NCBI GenBank assembly: GCA_951812335.1
Contig: OX638293.1
Span: 1,032,731 to 1,096,730 of the forward strand
DNA: 64,000 nt
DNA from: Rhodothermales bacterium
GTDB taxonomy: Bacteria > Bacteroidota > Rhodothermia > Rhodothermales > VXPQ01
Direction: 5' to 3'
Shown here in pieces: positions 50,856 through 60,640 of this stretch. The stretch's first letter is position 1. Each line of letters begins with the position of its first letter. Both the position numbers and the translations under genes were made by a program. The notes below the pieces were generated by a model. That model saw nothing but the letters and a program-made list of their open reading frames with translations, had not been told where the DNA came from and searched no databases.

Positions 50856-51593
50856 ATGACGTTGTTGCTCGCTTGTGCTTCTCTTTCGGTTGTTCCCGAG
50901 GCTCATGCACAGCTTTTTTCCTACGGAAGGGTAGCGCAGCAACGCGTCGGAGTGCTTTCGATCGTCTGGCAGACGGTCGATTTTCAACCTGACACGAACG
51001 TATCGACCGAAGGGGCGCCGGCATTCACCGGCCCGACCTATGGTATTATGTACGCACGGGGCAATGTCACCGCGACCGTAACCTATGGCCCGGAAAGCGC
51101 CACCGACGATCGCAGCGCGAGGCTACTGGACGTGGCCATTGCAACCTGGAGCAACCTGTTCACCATTGGGGCGTCGGAGGCTTCCCGGTTATACCTTCCC
51201 CTGACGCTCCAATCGAACTACCGTCGCGTAGCGCCGGCGGGACAGGCGAATTCCCCTTTTTCATCGTTTCAGGTGACGGTGATTGGTTTGGGCGTTGGCC
51301 TTGGCGGCAGTACGGAGCGAGGCAAAAATGTCCGTTTCGAGGTACGGGCCGCTCCTGCATTGGGTATTGCGTTGCGTTCCTTTGGGGGAAGCGCCGGTAT
51401 GGCATGGCTGGTGGATGCGGGTGTGCGCATGGATATTCGCGAGGTGTTCGGGCGCCTTGGTTTGTCGGTGGGATACGGATACCGCACACAGTCCTGGCGG
51501 GTGGGCGAGGCGAACCTGATCCTGGAACCCAGCCAAACCCGGCTCGATTACCTCGGGTCCCATCACATGGTCGCATTGGGTTTGAACTGGTGA
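50856..51593 (+). CDS. hypothetical secreted protein, probably an outer-membrane beta-barrel
   Basis: Signal peptide …VVPEAHAQ, alternating hydrophobic beta pattern, aromatic C-terminus (…ALGLNW). Confidence 0.45.
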   Translation: MTLLLACASLSVVPEAHAQLFSYGRVAQQRVGVLSIVWQTVDFQPDTNVSTEGAPAFTGPTYGIMYARGNVTATVTYGPESATDDRSARLLDVAIATWSNLFTIGASEASRLYLPLTLQSNYRRVAPAGQANSPFSSFQVTVIGLGVGLGGSTERGKNVRFEVRAAPALGIALRSFGGSAGMAWLVDAGVRMDIREVFGRLGLSVGYGYRTQSWRVGEANLILEPSQTRLDYLGSHHMVALGLNW

Positions 51594-51642
51594 CTATACA
51601 GTTCTGAACATCCCGGCAGGATTTTCATATACGGACGTTCCG

Positions 51643-51936
51643 ATGAAGACGAAACACATCCTTGAAGAGCTCAGGGAAGCGGCTGCCGGGTTTGGTCTGG
51701 AGGTGCGTATGGAAAAAGGTAATTTTCGAGGCGGGCGGTGCAAGATTGCCGATGAGGAAATCATTGTGTTGAACAAGCAGCATCTTCCCGAAGCGCAATT
51801 CGTCGTGCTGGCGAACAGCCTTCGGGGATTGCCCATCGACGATATTTTTCTGAAACCCATTGTGCGTGCCGCGGTCGAGGAAGTATGGCGGCAACACGAG
51901 CCGGCGGAGTTGTACGAAGCGGATGACACGGAATGA
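51643..51936 (+). CDS. hypothetical protein (97 aa)
   Basis: ORF with ATG start. Its 3' end overlaps the next gene's start by 14 nt. No family recognised. Confidence 0.4.
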   Translation: MKTKHILEELREAAAGFGLEVRMEKGNFRGGRCKIADEEIIVLNKQHLPEAQFVVLANSLRGLPIDDIFLKPIVRAAVEEVWRQHEPAELYEADDTE

Positions 51937-52726
51937 AGATCGCATTCGAGTCACCCTGCTCGGCACGGGTACATCCACCGGCGTTCCCGTAATCGGGTGC
52001 GCGTGCTCTGTATGCACTTCCGGGGACCCACGCGATGAACGTACCCGGAGCGCATGTGTCTTCGAGACGCAGGGGCTCCGCATCCTCATCGACATTGGAC
52101 CGGATTTTCGCAGACAGGCGCTTCGCGAAGGTATCCGGCATATCGATGCGGTTCTATTCACGCACCACCACTTCGACCATGTGGGCGGAATTGACGACCT
52201 CCGTCCTTTTCTGTTCAAAAACCACCGACCCGTTCCTTGCTATGCCCGCCGCAATACGGTAGACGTCTTGCAAAAGATGTTCACCTATATCTTTGAGGAC
52301 GGTTCGTATCCCGGAGTCCCGAATCTGGTCCTTCAAACCGTCGATGGCCCCTTTACCGTAACCGGACGCAGCGATTCTTCTTGCTCGGTGTCCGTTATTC
52401 CCATTGATGCGTATCATGGGTCCCTGCCCCTTTTCGGATATCGGATAGGAAAGTTCGCCTATCTGACGGACACGAATCGTATTCCGGAAGAAAGTTTCGA
52501 TTTGCTGCATGGCCTGGATGTGCTGGTTCTCGATGCCCTGCGCGAGGAGGGGCATCCGGCCCATTTTTCCTTTGACGAGGCGATCCGCGCCGCGCGGCGC
52601 ATTGGCGCAAGGCAGACGTATTTTACCCATATGACGCATAGCACGCTGCATGCCGATGCCGACACCCGTTTGCCGGAAGGCATTCGGCTCGGATACGACG
52701 GGCTGGCGTTCGAAACGGGCGTCTGA
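51923..52726 (+). CDS. MBL-fold metallo-hydrolase (PhnP-like)
   Basis: LLGTGTSTGVP…, THHHFDHVGG (HxHxDH) motif. Confidence 0.8.
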   Translation: MTRNEDRIRVTLLGTGTSTGVPVIGCACSVCTSGDPRDERTRSACVFETQGLRILIDIGPDFRRQALREGIRHIDAVLFTHHHFDHVGGIDDLRPFLFKNHRPVPCYARRNTVDVLQKMFTYIFEDGSYPGVPNLVLQTVDGPFTVTGRSDSSCSVSVIPIDAYHGSLPLFGYRIGKFAYLTDTNRIPEESFDLLHGLDVLVLDALREEGHPAHFSFDEAIRAARRIGARQTYFTHMTHSTLHADADTRLPEGIRLGYDGLAFETGV

Positions 52727-52806
52727 CGGCACGATTCGCTGCCCAACGCCGTTTGCGTATATTTCCGTACCCGCTTCCATTGCACGATCGGCCCGGAGGA
52801 TACCCT

Positions 52807-53238
52807 ATGAAACTGTTTGTTCTCAATGGTCCCAACCTGAATCTGCTGGGTACGCGCGAACCGGAAACCTACGGAACCGCCACGCTGGCCGACATGCAGG
52901 ATGCGCTCTGCGCCCTGTTCCCCGACATCGATTTCCGGTTTGTTCAGAGTAATCACGAGGGCGATCTGATCGATGCGCTTCATGAGGCGGCCAGCGAAGG
53001 TGCGTCGGGCGTGGTATGCAATCCCGGGGCCTTTACGCATACGTCTGTAGCATTGCGGGATGCGGTGGCGGCGGTAGGCGTACCGGTCATCGAAGTGCAT
53101 CTTTCGAATGTGCATGCTCGCGAGTCTTTTCGGCATCGCTCTCTGACGGCGGCCGTAACCGCAGGGCAGATTGTGGGTCTCGGCATGAAAGGGTACGAAC
53201 TGGCTGTGCGCTACTTCCTGGACGGAGCGGGAGCGTAA
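52807..53238 (+). CDS. aroQ: type II 3-dehydroquinate dehydratase
   Basis: MKLFVLNGPNLNLLGTREPETYG… and …IEVHLSNVHARE. Confidence 0.9.
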   Translation: MKLFVLNGPNLNLLGTREPETYGTATLADMQDALCALFPDIDFRFVQSNHEGDLIDALHEAASEGASGVVCNPGAFTHTSVALRDAVAAVGVPVIEVHLSNVHARESFRHRSLTAAVTAGQIVGLGMKGYELAVRYFLDGAGA

Positions 53239-53243
53239 CGCGC

Positions 53244-54986
53244 ATGAGCGATATCTCTCTCGAACCGACAGAAAATCCCGAGCCGGAGGTTCGGGAAGCC
53301 CGGGCAGGACACGGTAGCACACCTGCGCAACCGCGCAGGAATGCCGCCGGCGTCGTCGGCGCGGGGATTCTTACCAGCCGCCTTATCGGGTTCGTGCGGG
53401 AGCGGGTGGTTGCTCATTTCTTCGGGCTGGGCGCCCATGCCGATGTTTTTCAGGTAGCCTTCCGGGGGCCGAACCTGTTGCAAAATCTTTTGGGAGAGGG
53501 CACGATCTCGGCGGCGTTCATTCCCATCTATTCGAAGATGATCGCGGAGGGGCGTGAACGGGAAGCGGGCCGGTTTGCCGGTGCGGTATTCGGGTTGTTG
53601 CTTGCCCTTACAGCCGGGCTGAGCCTGGTGGGTATACTGCTTGCCGAGCCGATCGTGACGATTTTCGCGGTCGGTTTTCGGGACGACGCGATCGCAGTGG
53701 CTGCGGGGGAACTACCGATCAACCGGTTCGAACTCGCCGTACAAGCGGTACGGATCATATTTCCGATGACCGGTCTGCTGGTTCTGGCGGCATGGTGTCT
53801 GGGCATACTCAACAGTCATCGCCGGTTCTTCCTGCCTTACTTTGCTCCTGTGCTTTGGAATGCGGCCATTATCGGCGCCCTGATCGCCGGTGCACGTATG
53901 GTGCTGGAGCCGACGGCGGGCTTGCAAGCGGGTGCGCGGACCGATCTGCTGTTCGCTGCGTTCTACGGTGCTTTTCTGGGCGGTTTGCTACAGTTCGCAA
54001 TACAGGCGCCCCTCGTGTTCCGGACGCTTCGCGGCTTCCGGCTTTCATTCTCTGCGAAGGTTGCGGGGGTCAGGGAGGCGATACGCGCCTTTGGACCTGC
54101 GGTGGCTGGACGAGGCGTCTACCAATTGTCGTCTTATCTCGATCTTTTGCTGGCTTCCTGTCTGGCAGTCGGCGCCGTGTCGTCGCTGCGGCCGGCGCAG
54201 ATGTTGTACATCCTGCCGATAAGTCTTTTCGGCATGTCCGTGGCTGCCTCCGAATTGCCCGAGCTTTCGCGCTTCGGCTCGGAGAAAACCGAAGCGTTCA
54301 TGCGCCGCCTGGGCCGGTCCATAAACCAGATGTTGTTTCTGACGATACCCACGTGCATCGGGTACCTTGCGTTCGGCCTGCTTATCGTTGGGGCGCTTTT
54401 CCGCACCGGGGAATTCGGCTCCGAGGATGCCTGGCTCGTCTACCTGGTCCTGGCCGGTTATTCGCCTGGATTGCTTGCCACTGTCATGTCCCGCTTGTTG
54501 CAAAATGCATTCTACGCACGCAAGAATACGAAAACGCCGGCTCGTATCGCTGTAGTGCGCGTCGTCGTATCGACCGTCGTGGCCATCCCCGTCATGCTTT
54601 TGCTGGACGGGATTGCCGTCGGGGATATTGCGGGTTCCGAGGCAGGCGGTCGTGCGCTGTATCTGGGCAGTTTCGGATTGGCCGTTGGGGCGACTGCAGG
54701 CGCATGGATCGAACTATGGCGTCTCCAACGATCTATGGGGGCTATGATACCCGCTTTCCGCCTGCCCTGGTCGGGTGTGCAGCGTATGACGGCAACGGCG
54801 CTGGCCGCTGCGGCGCCCGCAGGGTTCCTATGGTGGCTTCTTCCCGACATGCACATCGCTTTCGAAGCGCCGATCGTGGTATCGGTGTATGCCGCAGGGT
54901 ATCTCGGCGCATCGTTCTTGCAACGTGTACCCGAAATGGATCGCCTTTTAGGGCGGTTCGCCAAACGCAGGAAGCCGGATGGATAA
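53244..54986 (+). CDS. murJ: lipid II flippase MurJ
   Basis: …GILTSRLIGFVRERVVAHFFG… N-terminus. About 14 TM helices. Start at ATG 53244. Confidence 0.9.
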   Translation: MSDISLEPTENPEPEVREARAGHGSTPAQPRRNAAGVVGAGILTSRLIGFVRERVVAHFFGLGAHADVFQVAFRGPNLLQNLLGEGTISAAFIPIYSKMIAEGREREAGRFAGAVFGLLLALTAGLSLVGILLAEPIVTIFAVGFRDDAIAVAAGELPINRFELAVQAVRIIFPMTGLLVLAAWCLGILNSHRRFFLPYFAPVLWNAAIIGALIAGARMVLEPTAGLQAGARTDLLFAAFYGAFLGGLLQFAIQAPLVFRTLRGFRLSFSAKVAGVREAIRAFGPAVAGRGVYQLSSYLDLLLASCLAVGAVSSLRPAQMLYILPISLFGMSVAASELPELSRFGSEKTEAFMRRLGRSINQMLFLTIPTCIGYLAFGLLIVGALFRTGEFGSEDAWLVYLVLAGYSPGLLATVMSRLLQNAFYARKNTKTPARIAVVRVVVSTVVAIPVMLLLDGIAVGDIAGSEAGGRALYLGSFGLAVGATAGAWIELWRLQRSMGAMIPAFRLPWSGVQRMTATALAAAAPAGFLWWLLPDMHIAFEAPIVVSVYAAGYLGASFLQRVPEMDRLLGRFAKRRKPDG

Positions 54987-55075
54987 CAGGGGTGCGCGGC
55001 GTTTCGCTAGCGTTCCTGCAGCGTACGAAAGCAGCGCCTGGATCGGGATGCACACTCTTTCCGGTCGAACGGGGG

Positions 55076-55552
55076 CTACTTTAGGGGTTCTTCGTACGCA
55101 TGGACTTCGATATGCGCACAGGATTGCCCCTCCCACTCCGCGAGATAAAGCCGGCCCGTTACGCGCAGGCGAGCCGGCGTTTCCGGGGTCGGAATTTCTT
55201 CGGTGTTCGAAAAGGCAAGGACATACGTATTGCGATCCGGCGTTTCAAGGATATAGGCGTCAAAAGGCTCGTTGCCGCGCACAGTAACCATGCCTTCCAC
55301 CGTGATGGTGTCTGCGCTGGTTACGCGGTCTGTGGCGCAAGAAGAAAAGAAAATGAGTATAAAAAATGCCGCGTACGCAAAAAACGCGTATTTTCGGAGC
55401 AGGCGGGTACTGCACACCCGGCATGCGTTGTCTGTGCCAGGCGGCCTCGTTCGCAGTCGTTTCCGAAAGGTGTGGCTGAAATACATTTCGCTAAAAGGGG
55501 CCAGATTACATTTACGGATTTCCACCTGCTTATGTTGCGACATACGCATCAT
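55076..55552 (-). CDS. hypothetical lipoprotein (start uncertain)
   Basis: Hydrophobic leader ending FFSSC (lipobox-like). No family recognised. The N-terminus may be shorter than the ORF. Confidence 0.4.
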   Translation of the reverse strand: MMRMSQHKQVEIRKCNLAPFSEMYFSHTFRKRLRTRPPGTDNACRVCSTRLLRKYAFFAYAAFFILIFFSSCATDRVTSADTITVEGMVTVRGNEPFDAYILETPDRNTYVLAFSNTEEIPTPETPARLRVTGRLYLAEWEGQSCAHIEVHAYEEPLK

Positions 55553-55647
55553 AATACCTGATGTCGAGACCCCGGCTATATGGCCATCGCCATCCGGTTA
55601 TCCCTCATCTTCGTCCACAGGCACTCACCTCGCATTCCGATGATTAA

Positions 55648-55901
55648 GGATATTCCGATCGAAACCACTTCGCCCGGCACTTTACTTTCGTGCGTAAAGG
55701 ACGTCATGATTCCATCGTCGGAATCAGCGGGAAACACTGCGGATTCCGGGCGTCGCGAACGTGAAGCGCCCTTCGGGAGGCTGCGAGGGGCACGCTGGCT
55801 GCGTCATTTCTCATTATGCGGGGCCTGCCACACTGCTTCGTCATTCCTTGCCGGCGCACCCCTTGCAGCCTCCGGGCTTTGCGGACTTAATCAGAGTATC
55901 C
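55648..55901 (+). mobile_element. MITE-like 254-bp TIR element, copy 4
   Basis: GGATATTCCGATCGAAACCAC… …GCGGACTTAATCAGAGTATCC. Flanked by TTAA (55644-55647) and TTAA (55902-55905). Confidence 0.8.
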
Positions 55902-58498
55902 TTAAACACCTTCCCTGTCGTCTCGTCCCGTTTCTGTGCCTGGCCTTGCTTCCTGCCGTATCGTCTGCGTTTGCCCAGTCTTCGGGCAGGCTTGAAATCA
56001 TGCAACCGCCTGCCATCGAGGAAGACCTTGCTCTGTCGACGGACGACGGGATGCGCGTTATCCACGTGACGGACCGGCTGACCCGCATGCCGGAGGCTGT
56101 AGCCGCATTGCAGGCATATCATGAGGCGAAGGCGCTTGGCTTGCTGCCTGTCGCCAAGACCGCAGCATTCTACGAGGTCGGCTCCGAGAAGGATTTCAAT
56201 GTGTTTACCAATGTAAACGCGGACGACAGCCATTGGGAAACCCGCACGTTTACCCTGGTGGAAGAGAATGACATCGCCAACATATGGGTTGCCAACGACC
56301 AGGAGGGAACGATCGGCGAAAACCAGCTTGCGCAGATCGGAAACTATGTTCTTTCCGAAACCCCCGAAGACTCCTGGCGACCAGACAGGGGCATTATCGA
56401 AAACAACAACCATATTTTCGGCGACCCTCCGGCAGAGCCCAACCCGGACGGCAAGGTCGACATCCTCCTCTTCGACATCGTGGAAGGCGACGATGATTGC
56501 TGCATTCTGGGCTATGCCCATCCGCAAGACCTCAATCCCAATCCGAATCCGGGCGAGGGCAATGCAAGCAACATTCTTTATATCGACCTGCCCCAGGGTT
56601 TTGGCCGCGGTGTCCTTTCGCTCGCCGGCACCATCACCCACGAGTACCAGCATGTGATCCATTTTGCGTATCGTTCGGGCAGCAGCGGTGAACTGACCTT
56701 CGTCAACGAAGGGATGTCGGAATGGGCGGAACTCCTGAACGGGTTTCCGCCCCGATCCATTCGATATCTGGACGATCCGGGTGAAATTCGTTCCCGGTTG
56801 TTTAACTGGCGCGGCGGCGGAACGGTCGCGCAGGTGCAAAACGATTACCAGCGGGCAGGCCTTTTCACCACCTACATTGCGGATCGGATCGGGCCGGAAG
56901 CCACCGGGTCCATCGTGCGCGCGAAGTGCCCCTCGGGCGCCAACTATTGCCCGATAGGGTCCTGGCTCACCGGCGTGTCCGGATACGACCTGATTCTGAA
57001 AGATCACAACCTTACCACGGCGGATATCGTGGCGGACTTTCACACTGCGAATTTCGTCAACGACGCCGGGGTCGATGCGAAATATGCGTACAAATCTTCT
57101 TACCGGCAGGGCGTGAAGGCGGTATCTACCGCTGCGGTGGATACCCAGGTCGAGGCGGCGCCGTGGGAAGCCACGGTAAACGTGTCGAGCGGTGCTGCCG
57201 AATACCTGACCTGGGAGGGCGTGACGAACCTCACGCTGGAAATCAAGGACTTCGAGGATACAGGAGGCGGAGGCGGGTCCGGAGGAACGGGCGCCCGGAT
57301 TGCTGGAGGGGGCGGCTATGCGAAAACTGCGGGCGCAAGCAACCGCTCCAACCTGTCGCTGCGGCTGCTCACCGAAACGGCAACGGGGGCGAAGCAACTC
57401 GTGGATCTCGATCCCGATACGCAAACGCACCCGGTTTCCGGGGGGTATGCGCGGGTGACGCTTATTATCGCGAATACCCGGGCGTCGGAGAGCTCCAGTC
57501 TCCCGTCCATCAAGCTCGATATTACCGGAAACTGGGGCGGCGCTGCGTTCGAGGTGGCCACCGTGGCCTACGAGACCGGTAAAAACGAGGACAGGGTATT
57601 CCTTGCAGGGAACGCCGAGGATATCATGGCCCAGCGGTATGACGTACCCGCCGATAGCCGCCTGGCCGCCGTCTTCGCAGCGCCGGTATACGACAACCAG
57701 TACGGCAACGCGACGGCTCCTGTGGGCGCTCCCCGCGATTTCACTCTCAAGGTATGGGATGTGGGCGATGACGGTTTTCCGGGGGATGAACTCTATAGCC
57801 TGGATGTGGACGAAAACCCCGATGCATCGCACATTGCTTTCGGTACACCCCCTGCGCCCTCCACGTATTCGTTTTTGAGGGTCGATCTTCCGGCGGACGA
57901 GGAGGCGCTTTCGACGCTTCCGGATAGGGTTTTTATCGGCCTTGCCAACAAGGGAATCGACATCAATTACCTTTCTCCCACGCTGGCTCGAAGCACTGTG
58001 CAGGATACCTTGGCATATTGGTACAGCACGCTCCCGGATAGTACCGGGACTCTTGTCACGAGTTGGCGCGCCTTGGCGACACTTCGGTTGTGCCGCAAGG
58101 CGAATAACGATTGCGATCGGGACGACGAAGAAGACGGGTGGTTCTTGTTCGCCGGGCAGGTGTTTCCCATCCGCGCCCGGTTCCTTACTCCTTTGGGCGG
58201 CCCTACCTCCACAGACGATCCGGCGGAACTTCCATCGAGCGTGAGGCTGGCGCAGAACTATCCGAACCCGTTCAATCCGGCCACGTCGATTTCCTGGACG
58301 CAACCGGTTTCCGACCGGGTCCGGCTGTCCGTGTACAACCTGCTGGGGCAAAACATGGCCACGTTGGCGGATGGTCTGCACCCGGCAGGCGAGCATGAAG
58401 TGCAACTGGATGCATCGGGGTGGGCCAGCGGCGTATATGTCTATGTGCTTGAAACGGGTGCGCACATGCTGTCCCGGCACATGGTGCTGTTGAAATAA
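55901..58498 (+). CDS. T9SS-secreted zinc metalloprotease (HExxH-X18-E gluzincin) with C-terminal sorting domain; start codon unresolved
   Basis: Signal-peptide-like LPCRLVPFLCLALLPAVSSAFAQ, HEYQHVIHF…VNEGMSEW, and a C-terminal …LAQNYPNPFNPATSISW…GVYVYVLE… Por/T9SS CTD. The first ATG after the repeat is at 56000. Confidence 0.75.
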   Translation, partial: LKHLPCRLVPFLCLALLPAVSSAFAQSSGRLEIMQPPAIEEDLALSTDDGMRVIHVTDRLTRMPEAVAALQAYHEAKALGLLPVAKTAAFYEVGSEKDFNVFTNVNADDSHWETRTFTLVEENDIANIWVANDQEGTIGENQLAQIGNYVLSETPEDSWRPDRGIIENNNHIFGDPPAEPNPDGKVDILLFDIVEGDDDCCILGYAHPQDLNPNPNPGEGNASNILYIDLPQGFGRGVLSLAGTITHEYQHVIHFAYRSGSSGELTFVNEGMSEWAELLNGFPPRSIRYLDDPGEIRSRLFNWRGGGTVAQVQNDYQRAGLFTTYIADRIGPEATGSIVRAKCPSGANYCPIGSWLTGVSGYDLILKDHNLTTADIVADFHTANFVNDAGVDAKYAYKSSYRQGVKAVSTAAVDTQVEAAPWEATVNVSSGAAEYLTWEGVTNLTLEIKDFEDTGGGGGSGGTGARIAGGGGYAKTAGASNRSNLSLRLLTETATGAKQLVDLDPDTQTHPVSGGYARVTLIIANTRASESSSLPSIKLDITGNWGGAAFEVATVAYETGKNEDRVFLAGNAEDIMAQRYDVPADSRLAAVFAAPVYDNQYGNATAPVGAPRDFTLKVWDVGDDGFPGDELYSLDVDENPDASHIAFGTPPAPSTYSFLRVDLPADEEALSTLPDRVFIGLANKGIDINYLSPTLARSTVQDTLAYWYSTLPDSTGTLVTSWRALATLRLCRKANNDCDRDDEEDGWFLFAGQVFPIRARFLTPLGGPTSTDDPAELPSSVRLAQNYPNPFNPATSISWTQPVSDRVRLSVYNLLGQNMATLADGLHPAGEHEVQLDASGWASGVYVYVLETGAHMLSRHMVLLK

Positions 58499-58772
58499 TT
58501 GCGACAAGCGGCAAGGCGAATCCCCTGCTTCCGCCGGTTACCGGGGGTATTGTTTCGTGTGGTTATCGCGGCTTTTGCATTGCCGTATGGGGGGGCGCGG
58601 TGCGCATCTCAGTCAACCCGAACGCGTTGTATTTCGCCTGTTCGCAGGTGGGTTTCGGGTCCTGCGTTCCCTGCACATGTACGCACCCCTCGCCGCCTTG
58701 TATTATTCATTGAAAGGGCATATGGCGGTGTACCTGCCCAGCGTTATTTGTCGGGTTTTTTACTCGTTCCAT

Positions 58773-59156
58773 TCATTCTTCCCGGTCTTCGTACCTGTGC
58801 CGTTCGAGCGAGCGGGTTTCGTCGATCACGCGCTCGAAAAGTCTGCGTACGGCGGCGTCGGACAGCGGGCCCTTGTTTCCGGCCACGACATTTCGGATGA
58901 CTTCCGCTTCCCGCTCCGGAACATACACCGGCGCCCCCATTTTTTTCTTTATGGCGCCGATGGCGTTCGCGCATTGCATCCGCTCGTTCGTCACGAGCAG
59001 CATGATCCGGTCCAGGACATCTATGCGTTGCCGCCAGGGCGTCATGTCGTTTTCGGACGGACGCGCCGGCACGTCGGGAACGTCCTCGCCGAAACGATCC
59101 ATCAGATCCTGCATGGACTGTAGCAGGTTTTCCGGCGGCTTCGATCCGGAGGGCAT
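58773..59156 (-). CDS. chorismate mutase (AroQ class)
   Basis: …WRQRIDVLDRIMLLVTNERMQCANAIGAIKKKMGAPVYVPEREAEVI… The ORF is trimmed to ATG 59156 because the longer form overlaps tsaD. Confidence 0.75.
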   Translation of the reverse strand: MPSGSKPPENLLQSMQDLMDRFGEDVPDVPARPSENDMTPWRQRIDVLDRIMLLVTNERMQCANAIGAIKKKMGAPVYVPEREAEVIRNVVAGNKGPLSDAAVRRLFERVIDETRSLERHRYEDREE

Positions 59157-59215
59157 GGGAAGGTACTGCGGTTGAATGAAATCTCGGAAGGGGATGCGTT
59201 TCGAGCGATCCCTCG

Positions 59216-60253
59216 CTACGCAAACGTTGCAAGGGGAAGGTTCGGTTCCGCTACAGGGTTGCCTGGCGGGTCCGTTCGTCCGATCGAAAGCCGGATGTGC
59301 GCAGCAAAGGCAATCATGGCGGCATTGTCTATGCAGTATGCAGGTGGTGGCATGTGCATGCGTACGCCGCATGTTTCGCCCAGTGCTTCCGTCCGCTGTC
59401 TCAGTCTTGCATTGGCGGAGACGCCCCCGACGATATGTACGTCGCGTACGCCGGTTTCTCCGATGGCGCGATGCAGGACGTCGATCAGCATGTCCACCAC
59501 AGCTTCCTGGAAAGCGGCGCAAATATCCGGCAAACGGCGTCGCATGAGCGCCGTACGCTTTTTTTCGCCGAGCCCGTTCAGGTAATAGAGCACAGATGTT
59601 TTCAGCCCGCTGAACGAAAAATCGTATCCGTCGAGGCGAGCGCGGGGAAAGCGATGGAAGGCGGGATCTCCCTGTGCGGCGAGGCGGTCGATGGCGGGGC
59701 CGCCCGGATACCCGATATCGAGGAGTCGGGCAACTTTGTCGAAGGCTTCTCCGGCGGCGTCGTCGCGCGTCGTGCCGAGGATGCGAAACGAAAGGCCCTG
59801 TTCTACGAACACCAACTGCGTATGCCCGCCGGAAACGATGAGGCAAAGCCAGGGATGCGTCGGCAGGCTCCGGCCGATCGACGCAGAACAGATATGCCCT
59901 TCGAGATGATTGATTCCCACCACCTGCACGCCCAGTCCGAATGCGTACGCCCGGGCAAAGCCGAGTCCAACAAGCAGCGATCCGGCAAGGCCTGGCCCGC
60001 GGGTTACCGCCACGGCGGTGAGGTCTGAGGGTGCGACATCGGCTTTTCGGAGAGCTGTACGGACCACCGGAACGATGCGCCGCTGGTGCGCACGCGAGGC
60101 GAGTTCGGGCACCACTCCTCCAAACCGGCTGTGCATCTGCTGCGAGGAAATCTCGCTGGAAAGCACTTTGCCGTTCGCTACGACAGCGGCTGCCGTATCG
60201 TCGCAGGAACTCTCGATGCCCAGTATGAGCGAGTCGTTTGACATAGGGTGCAA
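59216..60253 (-). CDS. tsaD: tRNA N6-adenosine threonylcarbamoyltransferase
   Basis: ILGIESSCDDTAAAV… and …INHLEGHI… motifs. 345 aa. Confidence 0.95.
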   Translation of the reverse strand: MHPMSNDSLILGIESSCDDTAAAVVANGKVLSSEISSQQMHSRFGGVVPELASRAHQRRIVPVVRTALRKADVAPSDLTAVAVTRGPGLAGSLLVGLGFARAYAFGLGVQVVGINHLEGHICSASIGRSLPTHPWLCLIVSGGHTQLVFVEQGLSFRILGTTRDDAAGEAFDKVARLLDIGYPGGPAIDRLAAQGDPAFHRFPRARLDGYDFSFSGLKTSVLYYLNGLGEKKRTALMRRRLPDICAAFQEAVVDMLIDVLHRAIGETGVRDVHIVGGVSANARLRQRTEALGETCGVRMHMPPPAYCIDNAAMIAFAAHIRLSIGRTDPPGNPVAEPNLPLATFA

Positions 60254-60276
60254 TAGTCGGGGACGTACTGCGTTAA

Positions 60277-60493
60277 GGATACTCTGATCAAGTCCACTTC
60301 GACCGGAGCTCCGCGTTCGTGCGTAAATGACATCATGATTACATCGTCGGAATCAGCGGGAAACGCTGCGAATTCGGGGCATCACATGCGTGAAGCGCCC
60401 TTCGGGAGGCTGCGAGGGGCACGTTGGCCGCGTCATTCCTTGCCAGCGCACCTCTCTCAGCCTCTGAACTTCGCGGACTTAATCAGAGTACCC
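60277..60493 (+). mobile_element. MITE-like element, copy 5 (217-bp internal-deletion variant)
   Basis: GGATACTCTGATCAAGTCCAC… …GCGGACTTAATCAGAGTACCC. Flanked by TTAA on both sides. Lacks 37 nt relative to other copies. Confidence 0.8.
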
Positions 60494-60640
60494 TTAAATA
60501 TATTCAAGGGGATATCGATTCGTATTGACAAACAGTTCAGGAAGGTCTATTATTCGGATATGATGGGCGTTTCTGTACTATGCTTTTCCGTCGCACTTGT
60601 TCAGCAGCGCACGACCTTGGCACCACAAACCGTTTTCGTT

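Noticed and set aside
53016-53243. N-terminal extension of the murJ ORF, with similar extensions at 4172, 8582, 14685, 15908, 22878, 25500, 27077, 36287, 38090, 45907, 46613 and 52753
   Set aside because: These extensions overlap the preceding gene or lack signal or motif content. Internal ATGs give N-termini matching the expected family starts or signal peptides.
55841-58507. 888-aa ORF on the minus strand
   Set aside because: It is antisense to the T9SS protease, whose signal peptide, HExxH site and T9SS CTD identify the plus strand as coding.
58773-59846. 357-aa ORF extending the chorismate mutase gene upstream
   Set aside because: The upstream ~230 codons overlap tsaD in another frame and are Arg/Pro-rich. 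Chorismate mutase similarity begins only after ATG 59156.
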